Assembly (NCBI GenBank): GCA_031414955.1
Contig: JANOQV010000058.1
Location: 1 to 16,957, forward strand
Reading direction: 5' to 3'
DNA: 16,957 nucleotides
From: Pedosphaera sp.
Lineage (GTDB): Bacteria; Verrucomicrobiota; Verrucomicrobiia; Limisphaerales; SIBH01
Position numbers and translations under genes: made by a program. Positions 6,496-14,672 of this stretch are shown in pieces (the stretch's first letter is position 1; each line of letters opens with the position of its first letter). A model generated the notes under the pieces. The model saw only the letters and a list, made by a program, of their open reading frames with translations, did not search any database and had not been told where the DNA came from.

Positions 6496-7524
6496 GTGAA
6501 TGACTTTGCCTTGCGACTCCCGAGCCGCTCCCTACCTTCGCGTAGCGTGAACGTAATCGTGTCGAAACTTTTCCTCCCGCTGCTCATGGCGGGCCTGGTC
6601 GCCGGGGCCGCCCCAGCTTTGGGGCGACCAGCGGACTCCCCGGAGGGTCCGGCGACCATCCTGACCGACACCAACGCGCTGTTGCTGCGCAGCATCCAGT
6701 TGCTTCAGGAACAGTTGCGCGCGACCGAACGCGCCGTGGAGCAGGCTCGGGCCGAGGCGCAGGCGGAATCCAAGCGCAACGCCGATCTGATGGCCGCGCG
6801 GATGAAGCTGATTGAGCACACGCTGGAAGCGCAACGGCAACAGCAGATCGAGTCATGGCAAAGCACCACGCGCACCATGGTAACCGTCGTGGGCCTCATC
6901 ACGGGCGTCGGTTTCCTGGCGGTCCTGTTTGCGGGCGTGGTGCAAGTCCGCACCATGACTCGCCTGGCCGATGTGTCCCGGCAGTTTCAAGCCCTGCTGC
7001 CGGGGCCGCGCGCCGGAGGGCCGCCCGGTTTGCTGGCTGGGCCGGAGGCCATGGAACCGGGAGGGAGCCATCTGCTCGGGGCGATTGATCGACTCCAGAA
7101 GCGCCTGGAAGAAATGGAAGGCAAGGCCGCCGGGACGCACCCTGTGACCAACGGTCACAAGCCACTGTCCGTGCCCGCAACCGGCAGCGCCCAAGTGGCG
7201 GCGCTGCTCGCCAAAGGTCAGTCGCTCTTGAACGACCATCAACCGGCGGAAGCCCTGGAACAATTCGAGCATGCGTTGCACCTCGATCCAAATTACCTGG
7301 AGGCGCTGATCAAAAAGGGCAGTGCGCTGGAGCGGATGCAGAAGATTGACGAAGCCATCGCCGCCTATGATCAAGCCATCGCGGTGGACGCTTCACAAGC
7401 CACGGCTTATCTCTTCAAGGCTGGCGTCTATAACCGGCAGAAGAAATACGCGGAAGCATTGCAGTGCTACGAGAAGGCTTTAAGCGTGCAGCAGAAATCG
7501 CGCGGGGCACAGGTCAAGTCGTAG
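6496..7524 (+). CDS. Membrane-anchored tetratricopeptide-repeat protein
   Basis: Signal-like N-terminus (probable GTG start at 6559), coiled coil, one TM helix (MVTVVGLITGVGFLAVLFAGVV) and about 3 C-terminal TPRs (ALEQFEHALHLDPNYLEALIKKGSAL...). Confidence 0.85.
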   Translation: MNDFALRLPSRSLPSRSVNVIVSKLFLPLLMAGLVAGAAPALGRPADSPEGPATILTDTNALLLRSIQLLQEQLRATERAVEQARAEAQAESKRNADLMAARMKLIEHTLEAQRQQQIESWQSTTRTMVTVVGLITGVGFLAVLFAGVVQVRTMTRLADVSRQFQALLPGPRAGGPPGLLAGPEAMEPGGSHLLGAIDRLQKRLEEMEGKAAGTHPVTNGHKPLSVPATGSAQVAALLAKGQSLLNDHQPAEALEQFEHALHLDPNYLEALIKKGSALERMQKIDEAIAAYDQAIAVDASQATAYLFKAGVYNRQKKYAEALQCYEKALSVQQKSRGAQVKS

Positions 7525-7534
7525 AGTTGCGGAC

Positions 7535-7707
7535 GGTGCGATTGAAAGTGGCGGGCCGCGAAGCCAACGAGCCGGAGTGCGCCCGTCCCCGGGCGCAGCA
7601 ACGTCCGTCCGCCCGAAGAGTTTGGAATTTGCCGACACCTTGCTGCGCTCCAGCTTGCTGCGCCCGAGGACGGGCGCACTCCGTGCCCGCCACTTTCAAT
7701 CCCACCC
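7535..7707 (-). mobile_element. 173-bp MITE-like element carrying an inverted REP pair (copy 2, opposite orientation)
   Basis: Reverse complement aligns without gaps to 5701-5873 (~154/173 by manual count). Perfect 10-bp flanking direct repeat AGTTGCGGAC at 7525-7534 and 7708-7717. Confidence 0.85.
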
Positions 7708-7768
7708 AGTTGCGGACGGTTGGAGGAGGAACGTCTGGGGCCGAGTCGCAGGCCCGACGGCCTTTCAA

Positions 7769-9187
7769 CTAATTCCAATCCACCCGGCCGCGGGCGAGTT
7801 CCGCTTCCAGTTCCTGCTTGGCCAGGGCGATCTTGGCCCGAATCAGATCACGGTTCTGCTCCTCGGCCGAAGCCAGTTCCTTTTCCAGACCGGTGATGCG
7901 CCGCTCATAGGCCTGAAATTTTACCAGCATCTGGGCTTGCACTTTCTCCAGCCGGGCCTCGATTTCCCCAGCCTGGAGCGCGGCCGACTGGTTCTCGTTG
8001 AGCAGAAGAGCGCGCTGGGCGATGAGTCGCTGCACCGCCGACTGCCCGAGCAACTTCGTCAGGTGCTCGACCAGGCGGGCGCGAATGATCGGGTCATTGC
8101 GCAACGCGATCACCGCCTCCTGCCCGAGCGATTCCGGGAGCAGGGCCAGGGCCATGTTCTGCCGCCGGGCACGAATCAGCGAGATGATCACCACTCCCAG
8201 CGCCACCGCCGACACCGCGCCAACCAGCACCCACGGCACGACCGAGGGTGCGGGTGCTTCGGGTCCGCGCAGCGCGGTCAGTCGCGCGCGGAATTCATCA
8301 AGCGCGGCCTTGCCGCCAGCCGTGACCAATTCGCCAGGGCGCACGATCACGTCGCCCGGACGGTATTGAGCGGCGCTCGTCAGATCGCGCAATTGCTGGT
8401 CACGCCATGTCCGCGTCCACGCGACCTCGGGAAAGCAATTGGGCTGGATGAGGGTGGCGAGGAAGCGCGCCGTCGCCTTCTCCTCCGAGGAAAACGCCTT
8501 GGTCGCTTCCGCGCGCCATTTGCTCAACACCAGGATGTTGCTCCGGGCCATGAGTTTGACCCGCTCCACCTCCAAGTCGGACAGCGGAGTGGCGGCGTCG
8601 CTCGAAATAACCTTGGCCTGGTAGCCCGTCTTGAACTCCGCCGGCTGATCATCCGCGCGAATGAATCGCGACATGGCCAGCACCAGCTTCTCCTGGTGGG
8701 GCGTGATAAAATCCGAGTCGGACGCGCCCACGCTCCAAGCCTGGGCCAAGGGTGTGGTCAGGGGGAAATTCTTAAAGGCGGACTGAAACGAGGCTACGAG
8801 CCGGGCAAAACGCTGGTTCGTAAACGCGGCTTCCTCCACAAATCGCCGGTTGTAAGCCGAGGCCACGCGGACCATGAAATTCTGGCGGTTGGTGGCAAAC
8901 GACTCATGGAGATTTTCGATGGCCCGGGCCACCGCGTTCGTATCCAGACGGTAGATCGCCGGCGTGCGATTTGATTCGCGAAGTTTCAGCGCTTCAGTCT
9001 TTTCGGGATCGATGGCGGTGAATCCAAGTGTCGCCACCACCTCCACCCGGGCCGTCTCGCCGATCTGGTAAACCGGCACGATGGAATCCTGGGCGGCGCC
9101 AACGCCCCGGCCAGCGGCCAGCAGAAGGCCCAGCGAGAGCAGAAGTTTGGCGCAACGATGATTCACGAACGAGGCGCGATGATTCAC
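7769..9187 (-). CDS. Single-pass membrane protein with a 7TM-HD-extracellular-domain-like region and a cytoplasmic coiled coil
   Basis: Signal peptide; YQIGETARVEVVA...IDPEKTE, IQPN and YRPGDVIVRPGELVT recall the 7TMR-HDED domain. Followed by one TM helix (WVLVGAVSAVALGVVIISLI) and a heptad-rich tail. Confidence 0.7.
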   Translation of the reverse strand: MNHRASFVNHRCAKLLLSLGLLLAAGRGVGAAQDSIVPVYQIGETARVEVVATLGFTAIDPEKTEALKLRESNRTPAIYRLDTNAVARAIENLHESFATNRQNFMVRVASAYNRRFVEEAAFTNQRFARLVASFQSAFKNFPLTTPLAQAWSVGASDSDFITPHQEKLVLAMSRFIRADDQPAEFKTGYQAKVISSDAATPLSDLEVERVKLMARSNILVLSKWRAEATKAFSSEEKATARFLATLIQPNCFPEVAWTRTWRDQQLRDLTSAAQYRPGDVIVRPGELVTAGGKAALDEFRARLTALRGPEAPAPSVVPWVLVGAVSAVALGVVIISLIRARRQNMALALLPESLGQEAVIALRNDPIIRARLVEHLTKLLGQSAVQRLIAQRALLLNENQSAALQAGEIEARLEKVQAQMLVKFQAYERRITGLEKELASAEEQNRDLIRAKIALAKQELEAELARGRVDWN

Positions 9188-9321
9188 CGCTCAATCCTCT
9201 GAGGCAAGTCGGAACTCGGCGGGGGTTGCTTGGAACCAGCGGCGTGTGGAAGAGCAGACGAACCGCCACGACAGGCGACAGAAAACCCTGTTTCTGCCGA
9301 TAACAAGTCAGGAAAGGTAAA

Positions 9322-10914
9322 ATGACCAAAACAACCAGCAGCAACCACGACCTCGACGGCGGGGACGACGTATCTCTCGCGGCCTTGGAATCGGCCTCGC
9401 CCGGTGCGACCGCATTTGCCTGGACGACCGTGCCGAAGCGCGGGTCGAAATCCAAAGAGGCGGCGGACGCCGCGAACAACTGGCTCGATACCGGCCCCTC
9501 AAGAGCGTCCCAGGAACTCAGGGCCGAACGTCAAGATTGCTACGACCGGCTCGCGGCGAAACGCCCGGCGGAGTTGAGTCGGCACTACCATCGTTTGCTC
9601 AGGGACTACTATTCGTTCCTGGTTCCGCCCGGCCAGCGCATCCTCGAACTGGGCTGCGGTCTCGGCGATTTGCTCGCCAGCTTGAAGCCTGCGCGCGCGG
9701 TAGGCGTCGAGTTTAGTCCGAAGTGCTTTGAACTAGGCCAAGCACGCAATCCCGCCGTGAAGTTCCGCCTCGAAGACGCGGCGGAGTTCAACACCGCGGA
9801 AAAGTTTGACTACATCATCATGTCCGACCTGGTGAATGATGCCCCGGACGTGCAAAAATTGTTGGAGCGGGCCCGACGTCACGCCACTTCCGACACGCGG
9901 CTGGTGCTGAATTTCTTCAACAGCCTCTGGCGGCCCGTCCTCTCGGTCGCACAGAAACTGGGACTGAAAGCCCCCAACCCGGCCCAGAACTGGCTCTCGC
10001 TCGACGACGTAGCGAACCTGCTCCAGCTCGCCGGATGGGAAGTGGTGAAGAGCGACGTGCGGATGCTTTGGCCGGTGAAGACACCTCTCGTCGAGCGCTT
10101 CCTGAACCGCTGGGTCGCTCCGTTGCTCAAACATTTCTGCCTGAGCATCTTCATTGTGGCCCGGCCCAAACCGAAGCCGGAGGCGGACCGGCATTACCGC
10201 TGCACGGTGGTCATTCCCGCGCGCAACGAATCGGGCAACATCGAAGCTGCGGTGCAACGCGTGCCGGAAATGGGGCGCGGCACGGAGATTATTTTCATCG
10301 AGGGCGGCTCGAAGGACAACACCTGGGAGGAAATCCAGCGCGTGGTGAAAGCCTATCCCAACCGTGACATCAAGGTGATGAAGCAGCAGTCCAAGGGGAA
10401 AGGCGGCGCGGTTCGCGAAGCGTTTGCCCAGGCCACGGGCGACATCCTGTTCATCCTCGACGCCGACCTGACCATGCCGCCGGAGGAGTTGCCCAAATTC
10501 TACGAAGCCGCGCGCAACGGCACGGCGGATTTCGTCAACGGGGTCCGTCTCGTCTATCCGATGGAACAGCAAGCCATGCAGTTCCTGAACATGGTCGCCA
10601 ACAAGTGTTTTGGACTCACCTTCTCCTGGCTGCTCGGCCAGTCGATCAAGGACACGCTCTGCGGCACCAAGGTCTTGTTCCGCTCCCAATACGAACTCAT
10701 CGCGAAGAATCGGGCCTACTTTGGCGACTTCGATCCGTTCGGCGACTTCGACCTGCTTTTCGGCGCGGCCAAGCTGAATGCGCGAATCATCGACCTGCCC
10801 ATTCGCTACCAGGCGCGCACTTACGGCGAGACGAACATCTCGCGCTGGAAACATGGCTGGCTGCTGCTGCGCATGACGTGGTTCGCGGCGCGACGGTTGA
10901 AATTTTTGGCGTGA
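9322..10914 (+). CDS. Fusion of a class I SAM-dependent methyltransferase-like domain and a GT2 glycosyltransferase
   Basis: ILELGCGLG motif I in the N-terminal half. VVIPARNE, EGGSKD, GKGGAV, ILDADL, DTLCGTK and YQARTYGET (polyprenol-phosphate glycosyltransferase-like GT2) in the C-terminal half. Confidence 0.92.
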   Translation: MTKTTSSNHDLDGGDDVSLAALESASPGATAFAWTTVPKRGSKSKEAADAANNWLDTGPSRASQELRAERQDCYDRLAAKRPAELSRHYHRLLRDYYSFLVPPGQRILELGCGLGDLLASLKPARAVGVEFSPKCFELGQARNPAVKFRLEDAAEFNTAEKFDYIIMSDLVNDAPDVQKLLERARRHATSDTRLVLNFFNSLWRPVLSVAQKLGLKAPNPAQNWLSLDDVANLLQLAGWEVVKSDVRMLWPVKTPLVERFLNRWVAPLLKHFCLSIFIVARPKPKPEADRHYRCTVVIPARNESGNIEAAVQRVPEMGRGTEIIFIEGGSKDNTWEEIQRVVKAYPNRDIKVMKQQSKGKGGAVREAFAQATGDILFILDADLTMPPEELPKFYEAARNGTADFVNGVRLVYPMEQQAMQFLNMVANKCFGLTFSWLLGQSIKDTLCGTKVLFRSQYELIAKNRAYFGDFDPFGDFDLLFGAAKLNARIIDLPIRYQARTYGETNISRWKHGWLLLRMTWFAARRLKFLA

Positions 10915-10915
10915 G

Positions 10916-10972
10916 AGGTGGGTTGCCTCGCGCTGCGAGGCAACACCGGTCGCAGCGCGACCGGCCCCACCT
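10916..10972. repeat. Compact double-hairpin REP-like element
   Basis: AGGTGGG [TTGCCTCGC-GCT-GCGAGGCAA] CA [CCGGTCGC-AGC-GCGACCGG] C CCCACCT forms a three-way junction. Confidence 0.7.
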
Positions 10973-11038
10973 TCCGGCGCTGATCAAGTTTGGATGTTTG
11001 CGCCGGCTGCAGTCGGCGACTACAAAAGCGGCACGCGC

Positions 11039-11779
11039 ATGACCCCGCTGGATCAGCACCAGATCGAAATCGAGCGAAACCTCGCCCTGTGGCGCGGCAA
11101 GCCGCTCCTGCAAAAAATCTACGCCGGCTTCTACGAGAAGATTCTCCGGCACATCGACACCACCGCACCGGGCGCGGTCGTGGAAATCGGCTCTGGCATC
11201 GGCAACCTCAAGGCCCACTTGCCTCGCGCCCTCTGCACCGACTTGTTCCCGAACCCGTGGCTCGACCTCGTGGGTGACGGTTACGAACTGCCCTTCGCCG
11301 ATGCCAGCGTGTCGCACCTGATTCTCTTCGACGTGTTTCATCATCTCCGCTGCCCGCGAGCATTCCTCAATGAAGCACGTCGCGTCCTCACCCCGCACGG
11401 CCGCGTGATTCTCTTCGAGCCGTTCATCAGCACCGCGAGCTATTCTGTGTATGGCTTGCTCCACCACGAACCAGTGGCCATGCAGGCGACGATTGATTTC
11501 GCGCAATCGTACCCGCGTCCCCGCGACTACTACGCCGCACAAGGCAACGCCACACGCCTCTTCTTCCGACGGGAAGACACGGAGTGGCTGGCGGGCTGGA
11601 AAATCCAACACGCCGAAGCCTTCAGCGCCTTCAGCTACCTGCTCAGCGGCGGCTACAGCAAGCCGGCGATCTATCCGGCGGGGATGTTGGGAGCGATGCG
11701 CGGCCTGGATGGAATACTCTCGTGCTGCCCGCGTATCTTTGGCGGGCGATGTCTCGTCGAATTGCGCCGCATCTCGTAG
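11039..11779 (+). CDS. Class I SAM-dependent methyltransferase
   Basis: VVEIGSGIG, DGYELPFADAS, DVFHHL and VLTPHGRVILFEP motifs. ATG 11039 is preferred over 10994. Confidence 0.9.
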   Translation: MTPLDQHQIEIERNLALWRGKPLLQKIYAGFYEKILRHIDTTAPGAVVEIGSGIGNLKAHLPRALCTDLFPNPWLDLVGDGYELPFADASVSHLILFDVFHHLRCPRAFLNEARRVLTPHGRVILFEPFISTASYSVYGLLHHEPVAMQATIDFAQSYPRPRDYYAAQGNATRLFFRREDTEWLAGWKIQHAEAFSAFSYLLSGGYSKPAIYPAGMLGAMRGLDGILSCCPRIFGGRCLVELRRIS

Positions 11780-11786
11780 CCACCCC

Positions 11787-11870
11787 GGCCCTGGAGGGGC
11801 CAAACGTGAATAGCCCCGGATGCAATCCGGGGTAACGGTTTCAAAATGGAGAACGACCCCGAAAGGGTCG
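11787..11870. repeat. REP-like triple-hairpin element between convergent genes (may also act as a terminator)
   Basis: GGCCC-TGGAG-GGGCC; TAG-CCCCGGA-TGCAA-TCCGGGG; CGACCC-CGAAA-GGGTCG. Confidence 0.7.
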
Positions 11871-11916
11871 AATAATCACACCACGTTCAATCGTTCCGCG
11901 GTTGGCGGACGCAGGA

Positions 11917-12987
11917 CTAAATCTTCACCTTAAACTGCTCGCCCTTCTTCAACGACAGGGCGAAGCCGGCCATCAACTGGGGAATCTGCTCGAGGTCCTT
12001 GAGGTTCACGACCTCGACGGGTGAGTGCATGTAGCGGTTCGGCAAACTGATCAGGCCCGACGGGATGCCGCCGCGCGTCCAGAAGATCACATCCGTGTCT
12101 GTGCCGCTGCTGTTCGACATCGCTTCATGCTGCAACTTGATCTTCTGCTGCTTGGCGACGGCTTCGAGACGCGCGACGACTTCAGGGTGGTTGCAGCCGC
12201 CGTGCGTGATGGCCGGGCCGTGGCCGAGCTTCACATCGCCGTGGGCGGCCTGGCTCACGGTCGGGTAATCCGTGGCGTGCGTCACATCCACGACGAGCGC
12301 CACGTCGGGTTGGAGCGAGTAGGCAATCTGCCGCGCGCCCAGCAGGCCGACTTCTTCCATGATATTCGAGACCGCGCAGACTTCCGCGTTCAGCTTCTTA
12401 CCGCTCTCCTTGAGCAACCGCAGGGTCTCGATCACGGAGAACGTGCCGATGCGATTGTCGAAAGCGCGTGCAATCACCACGTCGCCGCGCAGCACCTCGA
12501 ATTCATCCACCAGCGTGATGGGGTCGCCGATGCGAACGATCTTCTCCGCCTCCGACCGTGTGCCCACGCCGATGTCGATGAACAGGTCTTCCATCTTTGG
12601 CACCTTGCGCTCGCCCTCCTGCTTGGTGAGATGCGGCGCGACGTTGCCGATGACGCCGCGCACGTCGCCGCCCTGGGTGTGAATGTTCACGCGCTGTCCG
12701 CGCATGATGGCCGGGTCGATGCCGCCGACTTTGCGCACATGGATGAAGCCCTTGTCGGTGATGAAGTTCACGGCCAGGGCGATTTCATCCGCGTGGCCGG
12801 CGAGCATGAGGCGCGGACCGCCGCCCTTGTTCAAGACGGCCACGCAATTGCCATAGGCATCCCAGTAGGTTTCATCCGCGAACTGCTTGGCATAGTCCAG
12901 CCACACGCGCTGCCCGCGCAATTCGTTGCCGGACGGACTCGGCGTGTTCACCAACCGCTTCAGGAAGTCGAGAGATTCAGTTCGCAT
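11917..12987 (-). CDS. M42-family metallo-aminopeptidase (TET/FrvX-like)
   Basis: Metal-binding and catalytic motifs AGHADE, AFDNRIG, MEEVG, VVDVT and YMHSPVE. ATG 12987 (MRTESLDFLKRL) is preferred because the upstream extension crosses a heptamer repeat. Confidence 0.93.
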   Translation of the reverse strand: MRTESLDFLKRLVNTPSPSGNELRGQRVWLDYAKQFADETYWDAYGNCVAVLNKGGGPRLMLAGHADEIALAVNFITDKGFIHVRKVGGIDPAIMRGQRVNIHTQGGDVRGVIGNVAPHLTKQEGERKVPKMEDLFIDIGVGTRSEAEKIVRIGDPITLVDEFEVLRGDVVIARAFDNRIGTFSVIETLRLLKESGKKLNAEVCAVSNIMEEVGLLGARQIAYSLQPDVALVVDVTHATDYPTVSQAAHGDVKLGHGPAITHGGCNHPEVVARLEAVAKQQKIKLQHEAMSNSSGTDTDVIFWTRGGIPSGLISLPNRYMHSPVEVVNLKDLEQIPQLMAGFALSLKKGEQFKVKI

Positions 12988-13009
12988 GGCGCGAAAGGTA
13001 GGGAAGGAG

Positions 13010-13037
13010 GTTGAGAGTTGAAAGTTGAGAGTTGAGC
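13010..13037 (-). repeat. Heptamer tandem repeat (GTTGAGA) x4
   Basis: GTTGAGA GTTGAAA GTTGAGA GTTGAGC; same family as 2428-2453 and 2937-2962. Confidence 0.85.
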
Positions 13038-13136
13038 GGAAGACCGGGCGCGGCCGAACCGGTCTGAAATGGCACTCAACGACCTTCCGCAGCCTGCCGA
13101 TGGGAAGGAGTAGTGCGATCAACCGAAGAAACAATT

Positions 13137-14669
13137 ATGACCAGCAGTTCATTGGCGAACACGAACGCAACCTTGTCCCATAATCCTCTCCCCGGCACCG
13201 CTTTCGCCAATGCCGCCCGGGGCAGCGGTCCTCGTCCAGTCCGGCGCCTGGCCCAGCGCGGCCGACGTTTCGAGAAGCTTTCCATTCTCATTCCCGCCTT
13301 CAACGAAGAGGCCACCTTGCACGCCTGCGTCGCCGCCGTCCTCGAATCCCCGCTCCCGGCGGGACTGGCGCGCGAAATTATCGTGGTGGATGACGCTTCC
13401 ACCGACGCCACCTGGCTGCTGGCGCAACAACTTGCGGCGGCCCACCCCGAGGTGCGCGTGTTCCGCCAGGATAAGAATCAAGGCAAGGGAGCGGCCATCC
13501 GGCGCGCGATCTCGGAACTGACCGGCGACCTGGCCATCTTTCAGGACGCCGATTTGGAATACGATCCGCAGGACTACGGACGGCTCCTCGTGCCGATCAT
13601 TGAGGGTCGCGCCGACGTGGTCTTTGGTTCGCGCTTCACCGGCGCGGAGCGCAAGGTTCTCTACTTCTGGCACACCGTCGGCAACCGCGCGCTGACGCTG
13701 TTGGCCAACATGTTCAATGACATGAACCTCACGGACATGGAAACCTGCTACAAGGTTTTCACCGTCGAGGCGCTGCGCACGCTGCCCCTGGAAGCAAACC
13801 GTTTCGGCATCGAACCGGAAGTCGTGGCCAAAGTGGCCCGCAACCGGTTCCGCGTTTATGAAGTGCCCATCACTTACAACGGACGCACCTACGAAGAAGG
13901 GAAGAAAATCACCTGGCGCGACGGACTGGCGGCCTTCTGGTTCATCCTGAAATTCCGCTTCAGCTCGCGCTACGCGGACGTGGGCAAGGTCGCGCTCGAT
14001 TCGCTGGAACAGGCTCCGCGTTTCAACGAATGGATGTATGAACGCATCAAGCCCTTCCTCGGCCAGCGCATCGCGGAGCTTGGTTCCGGGCGCGGCAACC
14101 TGAGCAAGCTGCTCAAGCAAAGCGGACAGGTGCTCCTCACCGACAACCGCGCGGAATACCTTGATGGCCTCAGCCAGCGTTGGGGCCACTTGCCGACGGT
14201 GAAGATCGCGCCGCTCGACTTGCAAGACTCGGGCGACTACCAGGCGCTCACCGAGTTCAATGCCGACACCGTGGTGTGCCTGAATGTGCTCGAACACATC
14301 GAAGACGACGTGTTCGTGCTGCAACGCCTCGCGCAAACCCTGCCGCACGGCGCGCGCCTCGCGTTTCTCGTGCCGTTCAATCCCAAGCTCTACAGCAACT
14401 TTGATCGTGAGCTGGGGCATTTTCGCCGTTACCAGAAGGGTGAGTTGGAGCGGAAGATGAAAGACGCAGGCTTCGTGGTGGAGCGTCAGTTCTTCTTCAA
14501 CAAGGCGGGAGTGCTGGCCTGGTGGGTGGGCAACACCTTGTGCAAACAGCGCACCATCACGCCGTGGCAGTTGAAGATTTACAACTTCCTCACTCCGCTC
14601 TTTCGCGTCCTCGACCACTGCCTGCCGATGGCGGGCCTCTCCACGGTCGTGATCGCGCGCCAACCCTGA
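13137..14669 (+). CDS. Fusion of a GT2 (polyprenol-phosphate sugar synthase / DPM1-like) and a class I methyltransferase-like domain
   Basis: [47 protein letters not shown] and FGIEPE, followed by [18 protein letters not shown] and GHFRRY. Confidence 0.92.
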   Translation: MTSSSLANTNATLSHNPLPGTAFANAARGSGPRPVRRLAQRGRRFEKLSILIPAFNEEATLHACVAAVLESPLPAGLAREIIVVDDASTDATWLLAQQLAAAHPEVRVFRQDKNQGKGAAIRRAISELTGDLAIFQDADLEYDPQDYGRLLVPIIEGRADVVFGSRFTGAERKVLYFWHTVGNRALTLLANMFNDMNLTDMETCYKVFTVEALRTLPLEANRFGIEPEVVAKVARNRFRVYEVPITYNGRTYEEGKKITWRDGLAAFWFILKFRFSSRYADVGKVALDSLEQAPRFNEWMYERIKPFLGQRIAELGSGRGNLSKLLKQSGQVLLTDNRAEYLDGLSQRWGHLPTVKIAPLDLQDSGDYQALTEFNADTVVCLNVLEHIEDDVFVLQRLAQTLPHGARLAFLVPFNPKLYSNFDRELGHFRRYQKGELERKMKDAGFVVERQFFFNKAGVLAWWVGNTLCKQRTITPWQLKIYNFLTPLFRVLDHCLPMAGLSTVVIARQP

Positions 14670-14672
14670 GTC

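Noticed and set aside
5701..7707. Composite transposon carrying NUDIX and TPR genes between the two inverted MITEs
   Set aside because: Each MITE has its own distinct flanking duplication and the outer flanks do not match, indicating independent insertions.
9156..9187. CGATGATTCAC repeated at 21-bp spacing at the start of the 7769-9187 gene
   Set aside because: Only two short copies; most simply a small duplication giving alternative GTG starts.
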